From Chiloscyllium plagiosum (Eukaryota), in contig NC_057718.1 in NCBI RefSeq assembly GCF_004010195.1, forward strand, positions 63,264,225-63,328,224: 64,000 nucleotides of DNA, written 5' to 3'. The position numbers and the translations under genes were made by a program. Of the stretch, positions 13,931 to 26,835 are shown one piece after another (the stretch's first letter is position 1; each line of letters begins with the position of its first letter). Under the pieces are notes generated by a model that was not told the DNA's origin, made no database searches, and saw only the letters and a program-made list of their open reading frames with translations.

Positions 13931-15840
13931 AGCTGAAAATGTGTTGCTGGAAAAGCGCAGCAGGTCAGGCAGCATCCAGGGAACAGGAGAATCGATGCTT
14001 CAGGCATAAGCCCTTCTTCAGGAATGAGGAAAGTTTGTCCAGCAGGCCAAGATAAAAGGTAGGGAGGAGGGACTTGGGGAAGGGCCGTCGGAAATGTGAT
14101 AGGTGGAAAGAAGTCAAGGTGAGGGTGATAGGTCAGACTGGGGTGGGGGCGGAGAGGTCAGGAAGAAGATTGCAGGTTAGGAAGGCGGTGCTNNNNNNNN
14201 NNNNNNNNNNNNNNNNNNNNNNNNNNNNNNNNNNNNNNNNNNNNNNNNNNNNNNNNNNNNNNNNNNNNNNNNNNNNNNNNNNNNNNNNNNNNNNNNNNNN
14301 NNNNNNNNNNNNNNNNNNNNNNNNNNNNNNNNNNNNNNNNNNNNNNNNNNNNNNNNNNNNNNNNNNNNNNNNNNNNNNNNNNNNNNNNNNNNNNNNNNNN
14401 NNNNNNNNNNNNNNNNNNNNNNNNNNNNNNNNNNNNNNNNNNNNNNNNNNNNNNNNNNNNNNNNNNNNNNNNNNNNNNNNNNNNNNNNNNNNNNNNNNNN
14501 NNNNNNNNNNNNNNNNNNNNNNNNNNNNNNNNNNNNNNNNNNNNNNNNNNNNNNNNNNNNNNNNNNNNNNNNNNNNNNNNNNNNNNNNNNNNNNNNNNNN
14601 NNNNNNNNNNNNNNNNNNNNNNNNNNNNNNNNNNNNNNNNNNNNNNNNNNNNNNNNNNNNNNNNNNNNNNNNNNNNNNNNNNNNNNNNNNNNNNNNNNNN
14701 NNNNNNNNNNNNNNNNNNNNNNNNNNNNNNNNNNNNNNNNNNNNNNNNNNNNNNNNNNNNNNNNNNNNNNNNNNNNNNNNNNNNNNNNNNNNNNNNNNNN
14801 NNNNNNNNNNNNNNNNNNNNNNNNNNNNNNNNNNNNNNNNNNNNNNNNNNNNNNNNNNNNNNNNNNNNNNNNNNNNNNNNNNNNNNNNNNNNNNNNNNNN
14901 NNNNNNNNNNNNNNNNNNNNNNNNNNNNNNNNNNNNNNNNNNNNNNNNNNNNNNNNNNNNNNNNNNNNNNNNNNNNNNNNNNNNNNNNNNNNNNNAGAGG
15001 CAGGCATAGCTGGGGTCCATGCGGGTGCCCATGGCTACTCCTTTTGTTTGGAGAAAGTGGGAGGATTGGAAAGGAAAGTTGTTCAGGGTGAGGACCAGTT
15101 CGGTCAGTCGAAGGAGGGTGTCGGTGGAAGGGTACTGGGTGGTACGGCGGGAAAGGCAGAAGCGGAGTGCTTTGAGTCCTTCGTGATGGGGGATGGAGGT
15201 GTACAGGGACTGGGTGTCCATGGTGAAGATGAGGCGTTGGGGACCGGGGAAGCGGAAGTCCTGGAGGAGGTGGAGGGCGTGGGTGGTGTCACGAACGTAG
15301 GTGGGGATTTCTTGGACTAATGGGGACAGGACCGTGTCGAGGTATGCCGAGATGAGTTTGGTTGGGCAGGAGCAGGCTGAGACGATGGGTCGTCCGGGGC
15401 AGTCAGGTTTGTGGGTTTTGGACAGGAGGTAGAAGCGGGCGGTGCGGGGTTGTGGGACTATGAGGTTGGAGGCGGTGGATGGGAGGTCCCCTGAGGTGAT
15501 GAGGTTATGGACGGTCTGGGAGATGATGGTTTGGTGGTGGGGGGTGGGGTCATGGTCAAGGGGGCAGTAGGAGGAGGTATCTACGAGCTGGCGTTTGGCC
15601 TCAGCGGTGTAGAGGTCGGTGCGCCAAACCACTACCACGCCTCCCTTGTCTGCTGGTTTGATAGTGAGGTTGGGGTTGCAACGGAGGGAGTGGAGGGCTG
15701 CGCGTTCCGAGGGTGAGAGGTTGGAGTGGGTGAGTGGGGTGGGGTAGTTCAGGTGGCGGTTAATATCGCGGCGGCAGTTGGCTATGAAGAGGTCGAGGGC
15801 AGGTAGGAGGCCAGCACGGGGTGTCCAGGTGGATGGGATG
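13931..15840 (-). mobile_element. 5'-truncated Penelope-like retroelement: RT ORF (open 14996-15840), assembly gap, 3' terminus with a degenerate hammerhead motif
   Basis: PLE RT motifs TIKPADKGG, K.HKPDCPGRPIVS, FTMD..SLYTSIPH, KGVAMGT. The 3' end matches the fold-back family. Confidence 0.92.
14193..14995. other. Assembly gap (803 N)
   Basis: Run of N inside the PLE. Confidence 1.
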
Positions 15841-16711
15841 TGTTCTAGGGCAGTCAGATCACTCTGCATCTCTCACTATATAGATAATACATTTTTTTTA
15901 TCCCTTCTGTCAAAATGGACAATTTCACATTTTCTCCACATTATACTCCATTTTCCAGATTTTTTCCAACTCATATAACCTATCTATATCTCATTGTAGC
16001 CTCCTTAAATAATCTTCACAACTTAATCTCCTATTATTGTATCATCAGCAAATGTAACAACTATATTATCAATCCCTTCATCCAAGCCATTTGTTGCAAC
16101 TGTAAAAAATGGAGGCCTAGCACTAATACCCATGGCGCACTAGTCTCAACACCTTGCCAACCAGAAAAATACCCATTTATGTCTGCTCTCCACTTCCTGT
16201 TAGCTGGACAATATTCTATCTACATGAATGTGTTACCCCTTTACCCCCACCATGAACTTTAATTTTGTGCAATATCTTTTGCTGTTACATCTTATAATAT
16301 GCTTTCTGAAAATCAAAGTCCAGTATGTCCACTGGCTCCCTGTATCCACAACACATACTGCTTCCTCAAAGAACTCTAATAAACTGCTCCAACATAATTT
16401 CTCTTTTAGAAAATTATGTTGGCTCTCCCTGATTGTCTTGAACTTTTCTAAGTGCTCTGCTGTAAATCTTTATTAATAACTGCGAATATCTTCCCAATGA
16501 CACACATTCAGCTAAATGGCTTAAGTTCTCTACCTTCTGTCTCCCACTATTATTGAATAAAGAAGTTACACTCTCTGTTTTCTAATCTAATGGTATATTT
16601 CCCAAATCTAACCAATTTTAGAAACAAAATCAACTTATCAATTCTCTATCAACTCACTAATCACTTTTTTTAAGACTGTAGGATGAAGTTAATCAGGAAT
16701 CATAGATTTTA

Positions 16712-17142
16712 TTCATTGGAGTGTATTCATTGGAGTTTAGAAGATTAAGGGGAGATCTAATAGAAACTTACAAGATAATACATGGCTTGGAAAGGGTGGA
16801 CGCTAGGAAATTGTTTCCGTTAGGCAATGAGACTAGGACCCGTGGACAAAACCTTAAAATTAGAGGGGGTAAATTCAGAACAGAAATGCGGAGACATTTC
16901 TTCAGCCAGAGAGTGGTGGGCCTGTGGAATTCATTGCCGCGGAGTGCAGTGGAGGCTGGGACGCTAAATGTCTTCAAGGCAAAGATTGACAAATTCTTGA
17001 TGTCACAAGGAATTAAGGGCTATGGTGAGAATGCGGGTAAGTGGAGTTGAAATGACCATCAGTCATGATTGAATGGCGGAGTGAACTCGATGGGCCGAAT
17101 GGCCTTACTTCCACTCCTATGTCTTATGGTCTTATGGTCTTA
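16712..17142 (+). mobile_element. Young CR1 3' end
   Basis: SLEFRRLRGDLIETYKII...FFSQRVVGLWNSLP. Tail TATGTCTTATGGTCTTATGGTCTTA. Confidence 0.9.
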
Positions 17143-17350
17143 TTTTAAGCCTGCAGCTTCAACAATTTGCTTAGTATCACATCCCTTGTAATTGTAATCT
17201 CTAGGAATTCCTCTGCCCCATCTATTTTCTCATTTACAGCTATTTCTGGGTTGTTGAAGGTACCTTCTACAGCGAAAATTGAAGCAAAACATCTGTTCAA
17301 TTCATTTGTCACCTCTTTCTTTTCCATTAATTCCCTAAACTTACCTACTA

Positions 17351-17625
17351 TAGATTTAGATTACTTACAGTGTGGAAACAGGCCCTTCGGCCCAACAAGT
17401 CCACACCGACCCTCCGAAGAGCAACCCACCCAGACCCATTCCCCTATGTTTATCTCTTCTCCTAACACTACGGGCAATTTAGCATGGCCGATTCACCAAA
17501 CCTGCACATTTTTGGACTGTGGGAGGAAACCGGAGCACCCAGAGGAATGTGTAAATTCCACACAGACAGTTGCATGGGTCTCTGGCGCTGCGAGGCAGCA
17601 GTGCTAACCACTGTGCCACTATGCC
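17351..17625 (-). mobile_element. tRNA-derived SINE (HE1/V-SINE type), internally deleted
   Basis: Matches the other SINE copies. Confidence 0.85.
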
Positions 17626-18235
17626 ATCCATAGAAACAATGCTCACTTTGCTAACTTTTCTTCTTTAAAGATCCTTCGAAACTCTTACCATCTATGTTTA
17701 TATTTTTAACCTTGCTGCTCTCATTCACAGTTTTTTTCCTTCCTTACTAATCTTTTACTCATTTATTGCTCAATTTTCTATTCTTGTCAAGCCTCACTGC
17801 GGTTGTGCATTGGAAATCAAGCCCCACTATTCCTGGAGGAATCATAAAGGTTAAAAATGTTATCAAAGTATGCAAAGTCCCCAATTTACCCATCAGGTAG
17901 ACACTGGTTAACAGAAAATACAGACCAGGTTTCTGTACTTAACAAGACCTATGATGTATTACAAATAAATAAATTCTAAATAGGTAAATAACTATGAATT
18001 GCTGATATATAATCGCCAATTAAATCTCTAACCCTCTTCTAACTCTCCAACCCTTATACACAGATACAGACAGACAAAGCTCTGGTGTTATGGCTGGAAG
18101 GAAAAAAATAGGTGAAGCAGTACAATGACCCTAGACCATAGGGTTAGCTGAGATTGCCAGGATTTTCAGTTCCTCAATCTCTCTTCTCTCTTTTACTTCT
18201 TCACAAATTCTCTTAGTGATTGGTAAAAGGTCTGA

Positions 18236-18750
18236 GCGTATAGACTAGAACTGGACACAGTACTCCAGAAGAGGCCTCATCAATGTCCTGTTCAGCTACA
18301 AGACATCCCAACTCCTATGCTCAAAGGTCTGAACTATGAAGACAAGCATGCTAAATGCCTTCTTAACCATGCTATCTATATGTGATGCTAACTTCAAAGA
18401 ATTACGTACATGAACCCTAAGTCTTTCTAATCTACAACACTACCCAAAGCCCTACTTTTAATTGCACAAGTCTTGTAATTGTTTGTTTTACCAAAATGCA
18501 ATACTTCACATTTATCCAAATTTATCTCTGTCTGCCACTCCATTGACCCAATTGATCAAGATCTCTTTGTACTCTTAAATAACCTTCTTCCCTGTCCACT
18601 ATACCACCAATCTTGGTGTCAATCACAAACTTCCTAACCATGTATTTTACGTTCTCATCTGGATTATTTATATGAATGACAATCAAAAGTGGACCCAGCA
18701 TTAATCCCTAATGGAACTCCAGTTCACAGGGCCTCCAATCCAAAAATCAA
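18236..18750 (-). mobile_element. CR1 RT fragment
   Basis: Reverse complement of LEYCVQF / F..DTKIGG-type ORF2 sequence. Confidence 0.7.
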
Positions 18751-19019
18751 AAAACAAAGATCTGAGGATGTTGGATGTCATCAAGCCACAGCCTTCACAG
18801 TGGCACTGCTGAGTGTGAGATTTTCTGGCCTTTGATTGGCCAGTGGCTCTCACTGGGGTGGGGTCTTGATTTTGGAGAAAGGTGCACTGCAACCCTCCAA
18901 ACTGCCCTGGTTGATCCTGCTTTAAAAAGTTTGGTCTAGTGTCTCATCACTTTTTCAGCAACTGACACTCCCAAAGAAATTGAAAATCCCATTGCTTTTT
19001 ATTACTATCCAAGTACTTT

Positions 19020-22000
19020 TTTGGAGTGGGAGGAGCGACAATGAGGACCAGAGGTCCGACGGGAAGGTACATTTAAAATATAAAACTTACCCCGTGAAAA
19101 GATGGAGCACATGCAGGACTGCGGGGTAAGTGAGGCTTTATATTTAGGTGGTCACTTTACCCAAAACAGTACTCAGGTAGTGTCTCCCACCCATCCTCCT
19201 CCTCTAAGCAAAAAAAAGGTTCTGTGCACCGTATTGGTAAGTGACTAGTTTGTTTTTTTTAGTTTTTCAGTAATCTCATTGGGAATTTAGAACAGGGGAA
19301 TGGAGGTTAGAGCAGTTGACTATTTCTCCTGCAGAATGTGGGAGATAAGTGTCACCACTGGTGTCCTTCTGACTGCATCTGTGGGAAGTGCACCCAACTC
19401 CAGCTCCTCGAAAACCGCGTTAGGAACTGGAGCTGGATGAACTTCAGATCATTCGTGAGGCAGAGGGGGTTATTGAGAGGAATTTCAGGGAGGTAGTCAC
19501 ACCTCAGGTACAAGAAGAAGATAGATGAGTCGGGGGCAGAAAGGAAACCGGCAGGCAGTGCAGGGATTCCCTGTGACCGCTCCCCTCAACAACAAGTATA
19601 CCATTTTGGGTACTGTTTGGTGGGGGCAACTTACCAGGGGTAAACAATGGGGCGCAGGCCTCTGGCACAGAGTCTATCCCTGTTGCTCAGAAGGGAAGAG
19701 GGAAGAGGAGCAGAGCATTAGTCATTGGGGACTCCATAGTTAAGAGGACAGATAGGAGGTTCTGTGGGAACGAGAGAGACTCACGGTTGGTGTGTTGCCT
19801 CTCAGGTGCCAGGGTTCGTGATGTCTCTGACTGTGTTTTCAGAATACTTGAGGGGGAGGGGGTGGGGGAACAGCCCCAAGTCATGGTCCACATAGGCACC
19901 AACTACATAGGTAGGAAGAGAGATGGGGATTTAAGGCAGAAATTCAGGGAGCTGGGGTGGAAGCTTAGAGCTAGAACAAACAGAGTTATTATCTCTGGTT
20001 TGTTACCCGTGTCATGTGCTAGCGAGGCGAGGAATAGGGAGAGAGAGAGAGAGAGAGGGAGAGGGTGAGAGGAGTTGAACAGATGGCTACAGGGAAGGTG
20101 CAGGTATGAGGGTTTTGGATTCCTGGATAATTGGAGCTCTTTCTGGTGTAGGTGGGACCTCTACAAACAGGATGACGCCAGAAGCATCCGGAATAAAGTG
20201 GGCAAACCTGCAGTGTGGGTTGGTACCTGGGATTTTGATTTTCTGGCCATTTCTGAGAGCAGGGACAGGAATGGTTATTGCAGATCTGGGACTTAGATGT
20301 TTCAGTAAGAACAGAGAAATTTGTAAAAGAGGGGGACAGTGTTACGGTTGCAGAAAGGACGTTTGAGGACTCGTCTACTGAGGTAGTATGGGCTGAGGTT
20401 AGAAACAAGAAAGGGGAGATCACCCTGTTGGGAGTTTTCTATAGGCCTCCGAATTGTTCCAGGGATGTAGAGGATAGGATACCAAAGATGATTCTCGATA
20501 GGAGCGAGAGTGACAGAGCAGTTGCTATGGGGGACTTGAACTTTCCAAATATTGACTGAGAATATTATAGTTCAACTATTTTAAACGGGTCATGTTTTGT
20601 CCAATGTGTGCAGGAGGTTTTCCTGACACAGTATGTAGACAAGCCAACAAGGGTTGCTGGCTTTGGTAAAAAAATCCAACATTGGATTTGATACTGGGTA
20701 ATGAACCTGGCCGGGTGTTAGATTTGGAGGTAGGTGAGCACTTTGGTGATAGTGACCACAATTCGGTTATGTTTACTTTAGTGATGGAAAGAGATAGGTT
20801 ATATACCACAAAACAAGAGTTTTAGTTGGGGGAAAGGCAATTATGATGCGATTAGGCAAGTTTTAAGATGCATAGGATGGGGAAGGAAACTGCAGGGAAT
20901 GGACACAATTGAAATGTGGAGCTTATTCAAGGAACAGCTACTGTATGTCCTTGAGAAGTATATACCTGTCAGGCAGGGAGGAAGTTGTCGAGTGCAGGAG
21001 CCGTGGTTTACTAAAGAAGTTGAATCTCTTCCCAGAAGGAAGAAGGCAACTTACGTTAGGACAAGATGTGAAGGCTCAGTTAGGGCGCTCGAGAATTACA
21101 AGTTAGCCAGGAAAGACCTAAAGAGAGAGCTAAAAAAAGCCAGGAGGGGACATGAGAAGTCATTGGCAGATAGGATCAAAGAAAACCTTAAGGCTTTCTA
21201 TAGATATATCAGGAGTAAAAGAGTGATGAGAGTAAGATTAGGGCCAATCAAGAGTAGTAGTGGGAAGTTATGCATGGAATTACAGGAGTCCGGGGAAGTG
21301 CTAAATTAATACTTTCTGTCAGTATTCATGCAGAAAAAGACAATGTTGTCAAGGAGAATACTGAGATACAGGCTGTAAGACTAGATGGATTGAGGGTCAC
21401 ATGGAGGAGGTGTAAGCAATTCTGGAAAGTTTGAAAATAGATAAGTCCCCTGGGCTGGATGGGATTTATTCTAAGGTTCTCTGGGAAGCCAGGGAGGAGA
21501 TTGCTGAGCGTTTGGCTTTGATCTTTATGTCGTCATTCTCTATAGGAGTAGTACTGGAAGACTGCAGGATAGCAAATGTTGTTCCCTTGTTCAAGAAGGG
21601 GGGGTAGAGACACTTTACCTACAACCGAAGTAAGGCTCACTGGTCTATAATAACCAAGAATATACAGGAGGTTGAGAGTAGTGAGGAAATAAGGTGTCAA
21701 GGTCACAAGAAGGCACTGGCATGCAAGACATTGGTTTGAGGTGTGTCTACTTTAACGCCAGAAGCATCCGGAATAAAGTGGGCAAACCTGCAGTGTGGGT
21801 TGGTACCTGGGATTTTGATGTTCTGGCCATTTCTGAGAGCAGGGACAAGAATATTCTTGGTTATTATAGACCAGTGAGCCTTACTTCGGTTGTAGGTAAA
21901 GTGTTGGAAAGGGTTATAAGAGATAGGATTTGTAATCACCTGGAAAGGAATAAGTTGATTAGGGATAAGTCAACATGGCTTTGTGAAGGGTATGTCTTGC

Positions 22001-23205
22001 CTCACAAACTTTATTGAGTTCTTTGAGAACTTGACCAAACAGGTGAATGAGATGGTGTATATGGATTTCAGTAAAGCATTTGATAAAGTTCCCCACAGTA
22101 GGTTATTGTACAAAATACGGAGGGATGGGACTGAGGGTGATTTAGTGGTTTGGATCAGAAGTTGGCTAGCTGAAAGAAGACAGAGAGTGGTGGTTGATGG
22201 GAATTATTCACCCTAGAGTTCAGTCATCAGTGGTGTACCACAAGGATTTGTTTTGGGGCCACTGTTGTTTGTCATTTCTATAAATGACCTGGATGAGGAT
22301 GTAGAAGGATGGTTAGTAAATTTGCCGATGACACTAAGGCCAGTAGAGTTGTGGATAGCGACGAAGGATGGTGTAGGTTACAGAAAGACATAGATAAGCT
22401 GCAGAGCTGGGCTGAGAGGTGGCAAATGGAGTTAAATGCGGAAACGTATGAGGTGATTCACTATGGAAGGAGTACCAGGAATGCAGAGTAGTGGGCTAAT
22501 GGTAAGATCCTTGGTAGTGTAGATGAGCAGAGAGAGCTCGGTCTCCATGTATATAGATCCCTGAAATGTTCCACCCAGGTTGATAGGGTTGTTAAGAAGG
22601 CATACGGTGTATTAGCTTTTACTGATAGAAGGATTGAGTTTCAGAACCATGAGGTCATGCGGCAGCTGTACAAAACTCTGCTGCAGCCACACTCGGAGTA
22701 TTGCGTACAATTCTGGTCCTTGCATTATAGGAAGGATGTGGAAGCTTTGGAAAGGGTTCAGAGGAGATTTACCAAGGTGTTAGGAGGAAAGACTGAGGGA
22801 CTTGAGGCTGTTTTCGGTGGAGAGAAGGTTGAGAGGTGACTTAATTGAGACATATAAGATAACCAGAGGGTTAGATAGGTTGGACAGTGAGAGCGTTTTT
22901 CCTTGCATGATGATAGCTAGCACGAGGGGACATAGCTTTAAATTGAGGGGTGATAGATATAGGACAGATGTCAGAGGTAGTTTCATTACTCAGAGAGTAG
23001 TAGGGGCACAGTATGCACAGACTGTAACAGTAATAGACTTGCCAACTTTAAGGACATTTAAATGGTCATTAGGTAGGCATATGGATGAGAATAGAATAGT
23101 GTAGATTAGATGAGCTTCAGATTGATTTCACAGGTCGGCGCAACATTGAAGGCTGAAGGGCCTGTACTGAGCTGTAATGTTCTATGTGTTATGTTCTATG
23201 TTCTA
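19020..23205 (+). mobile_element. Near full-length decayed CR1 LINE (ORF1 zinc finger + SGNH esterase from ~19300; ORF2 APE-RT; TTCTATG tail)
   Basis: GDSIV, VCCLSGARVRDV, VHIGTN in ORF1. GVFYRPP, MGDLNFPNID, YRPVSLTS, DFSKAFDKVPH, KFADDT, LRGDLIETYKI in ORF2. The 5' boundary is approximate. Confidence 0.92.
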
Positions 23206-23208
23206 CGT

Positions 23209-23430
23209 GGAGAAAGTGAGGTCTGCAGATGCTGGAGATCAAAGTTGAAACTTTATTGCTGGAACAGCACAGCAGGTCAGGCAGCATCCAGGGAACAGGA
23301 GATTCGACGTTTCGGGCACAGGCCCTTCTTCAGGAATTCCTGAAGAAGGGCCTGTGCCCGAAACGTCGAATCTCCTGTTCCCTGGATGCTGCCTGACCTG
23401 CTGTGCTGTTCCAGCAATAAAGTTTCAACT
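23209..23430. mobile_element. PLE fold-back insertion containing a perfect 188-bp palindrome (23243-23430)
   Basis: 94-bp arms are exact reverse complements around GAA|TTC (23334-23339). A 34-nt tail is present on one side only. Inserted in the CR1 tail. Confidence 0.95.
23336..23371 (+). ncRNA. Minimal type-I hammerhead ribozyme motif (mirror copy on the minus strand at 23302-23337)
   Basis: AUUC-CUGAAGA-A-GGGC(CUGU)GCCC-GAAA-C-GUC|GAAU. Helix I is AUUC/GAAU, helix II has 4 bp, helix III is the palindromic ACGU. Predicted cut after C23367. Activity untested. Confidence 0.75.
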
Positions 23431-23514
23431 CTATGTTCTATATGACCTCACATTTCTTCATATTATACTACATTATACTACAAATTTGGACTATCTTGTC
23501 TATGTCCTTTTGCA

Positions 23515-24267
23515 GGGTAAAAACAATGACTGCAGATGCTGGAAACCAGAATCTAGATTGGAATGGTGCTGGAAAAGCACAGCAGTTCAGGCAGCATCCG
23601 AAGAGCAGTAAAATCGATGTTTCGGGCAAAAACCCTTCATCAGGAATACAGGCAGAGTGCCTGTGGAGAGATAAATGAGAGGAGGATGGAGGTGGGGAGA
23701 AAATAGGTGAATAGAGTACAATAGGTGAATGGGGGAGAGGATGAAGGTGTTAGGTGGGGGGGGTAGAGTGGAGTGGATAGATGGAAAAGAATATAGGCAG
23801 GTAGGACAAGTCAGTGCTGGGCTGGAAGTTTGGAACTGAAGTGAGGTGGGGGAAGGGGAAATGAGGAAACTGTTCAAGTCCACATTGATGCCCTGGCGTT
23901 GAAGTGTTCCAAGGCGGAAGATGAGGCGTTCTTCCTCCAGGCGTCCAATATCATTTATTGTATCCTTTGCTCCCGATACGGTCTCCTCTACATTGGGGAG
24001 ACTGAACGCCTCCTAGCAGAGCGCTTTAGGGAACATCTCTGGGACACCCGCACCAATCAACCACACTGCCCTGTGGCCCAACATTTCAACTCCCCCTCCC
24101 ACTCTGCCGCTACTTTCTCCCCACCCCCACCGTCCTCTCATTTATCTCTCCACCCTTCAGGCACTCTGCCTGTATTCCTGATGAAAGGCATTTGCCCGAA
24201 ACGTCGATTTTACTGCTCCTTGGAAGATGCCTGAACTGCTGTGCTTTTCCAGCACCATTCTAATCTA
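23515..24267. mobile_element. PLE inverted insertion (second subfamily) with a GIY-YIG endonuclease fragment
   Basis: NIIYCILCSRYGLLYIGETERLLAERFREH...VAQHFN at ~23940-24110. Hammerhead-like motifs lie near both ends (~23612-23647 minus, ~24174-24209 plus). Flanks TCTAYGTCCTTTTGCAG at 23499-23515 and 24264-24280. Confidence 0.9.
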
Positions 24268-24284
24268 CGTCCTTTTGCAGCCTT

Positions 24285-25250
24285 TTGTGTTAAACTCGCC
24301 GATTACTTTTCCAACTCACTTTATGTTGCTGGTAAATTTAGATACATTTCTTAGTCTCTTTGTAATTCATCAATATAGACTGAAAATAGCTGAGGTCTCA
24401 GCACTGACCCACGCAACACAGCACTGGTTACTGGTTAGCTTGCTGACTTGAAAGTGCCCTTTTCCTCTGGACTCTAATTCATGTCTGTTAACAAGTTAAT
24501 ACTATTAACCCTATGGGCATTGTATATTAATTTGCGTGTGATACCTTGTTGAATGCCTTCTTGTTCCCCTTTGTCTATCCTGTCAGTAGCATTCGAAAAG
24601 AACTCTTAATAAATTCGTCAATCACAAGTTGCCTTTGTAAAAGCATCTCGATGTTGGTTGATTGTGCTGATGTTCTAAGGGCATTGCTGAAACTTCATTA
24701 CTGATAGATTTTAGTATTTTCCTGATGACTGAGGTCAGTTCAACAGGCCTGTTGTTTTCTGTAACTCTCTCCCTGCTTTCTTGAACAGCAGAGTTATGTT
24801 CGCTAACTACTAATGTACTGGGCTCATTCTGGAATCATTGGAAATAATTTTGGAAAATTATAACCAGTGCAACCACTATCTACAATTACTTCTTTTGAAC
24901 CCTAGGATACAGGCCATCAGATCCTGGGAGCGTGACAGTTTTTATTCCTTACGCTCTGCCAAGACTTTTTCTGTACTAACATTACCTGAAGCTCTTCACT
25001 GCTACAAATGTCTTTGCTACCCTTTATTTCTGGTATGTAATTTGGTCCTCGACTAAAAGACCGACAAAAACCTTTGCTCGTTGCATTTGCCATCTCCTTA
25101 TACCACATTAACAATCATCTTCAACTGGTTTCAAGTGGCTCCCATTGGGTTTATAAATCAATTTCTTCTGCAGTAACTGTAAAAACATGTTGGTGTTGTT
25201 TTGATATCCCTTGAAAGTATCTTTTCATTTTTCTTTGTAGCTCTTACTAT
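24285..25250 (-). mobile_element. Old degraded CR1 fragment
   Basis: Reverse complement of GSVL.P / KAF.KV / RP..LTS-type RT remnants. Confidence 0.5.
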
Positions 25251-26835
25251 CTGATTTGTCACTCTTTGCTATATTCGTGCCTAAGTCAGAAGGGTCTGTG
25301 CCAACTTCTATATTTTTGAATTTTTTTTCTTTTAGTTGTATGTTCTCGCTTACATCTTAATTGTCCCAATATATTCAGTTCTGAAGATATTTCCATTCTG
25401 CCAATCTACAAATGCTCTCCTTGTATCACACTCTTGCAGTCTCAGCTCTACCTCGTGCACTGTGTTCACGTCCAGCATAAAAGACAAAACAAACAACCTG
25501 AAGAAACCCTGGAAATGACGCTATCTTTCTTCCAGCACTCAACCTTCCCTGGTTGTGTTTTTATCGGAGGCACCTCTCCACTTTAGCGAGTTGAAGCCTT
25601 AACATTTAAAAAAAGGCCCAGAAATTGAAAGTCCCTTGTTCCAACTTGCAAGTTTACTGCTTATCTAGATCCTTCACAAGAAATGATCCAGCCTGCCATA
25701 GATTAAAGCCTGTATGTTTATTTGTCCACATGTCAATGTAGAAATAAATTTCTGTGACAGCAGGTTATTCATACAGTAAGGGTGGTGAATAATTCTGGTT
25801 GAGTTCATTTAAAGGTCAATTGCTATTCATTCCGGAAGCAGAAGCTTCTTTTCCTTGAAGCAAAGGTAATGTAAAAATTGCAGACCTTATTGAGATTAAA
25901 TTGGACTTGGGCAGTATTTGTGAATCAGCAGCCAGTTTTAAGTTCTACACATTTCACCCTTCCACTCATTCATACAAAATAGATCAGCAGAGTTTAATTG
26001 TCATGTATTCCATGTTACCAGACTAATTTCATTCCCTAATGCTCGGATATTTTCTGTTATTGTCAGAATGTCTTTTTATTCCTAATTAGCACCTTTACTT
26101 CTTTAGAAAGAACAAAAAGCTACATTGGACAGTTTCTGATATGTAACAGGCAGAAATAGCACAATAAACTTTCATATTCTAGACAAAAGTTTTTAATATA
26201 TGAATCATGGTAACCAATATTTAATTTCCATTATTAGTGGGATCTTGTGCAAGAGGAGAAGGAAACATTCCGATTATAGTTTGCAATCATATTTTTAACA
26301 GGTGAAAACAAATAATTATTTATTCCAATACAGAATTGAATAATTCCAAAAAGAGCAGGATCTTAAATCTCATTCCTTTTTTTTACATGCCTACAATGTC
26401 TACAAGTACAGCAGTGCTAATAAGTGCTAACCACATTTCACAATACAGTAGGCTCCTTTTGAACTTTTGGAATTGAAGAAATGAATATGGTGCTACCTCA
26501 AACTTTGTCAAATAATAAAATCTGCTCAGTTTCTTATATATGACTTGCTCAAGCAATCAGCTATAAATTCTTTTTTGAATTCAATAAACTGACTGCACCA
26601 CAAACATTTCTGAACAGCCATTAATTATTTAGTCACCTTAGTTACCTGACTGGAATTCAGTTTTAAGTCATAGAACAAGTCGTTTTGGAAATCTGTATTT
26701 TGGCCAAATGGTTTTGACAGAGTGTTAGATGCTACTCATTGATATTGAAACTGATTAATAATCAAATTGTTAAGCTGTGAGATGGGCAATTTCTGATCAG
26801 TACACAGAATATCTGTTCCCAACACATTCAAGATG

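Larger units (their letters stand above)
13356..17340 (-). mobile_element. Old CR1 LINE (RT/3' part) split by a PLE and a younger CR1
   Basis: VRSNLEYGVQYWFPY-like and NELNRCFASIF-like ORF2 remnants. The sequence rejoins across the PLE at TGTTCTAG (13925-13932 / 15841-15848). Confidence 0.7.

Noticed and set aside
14074..15009. 311-aa and 276-aa ORFs across the N run
   Set aside because: Artefacts of translating the assembly gap.
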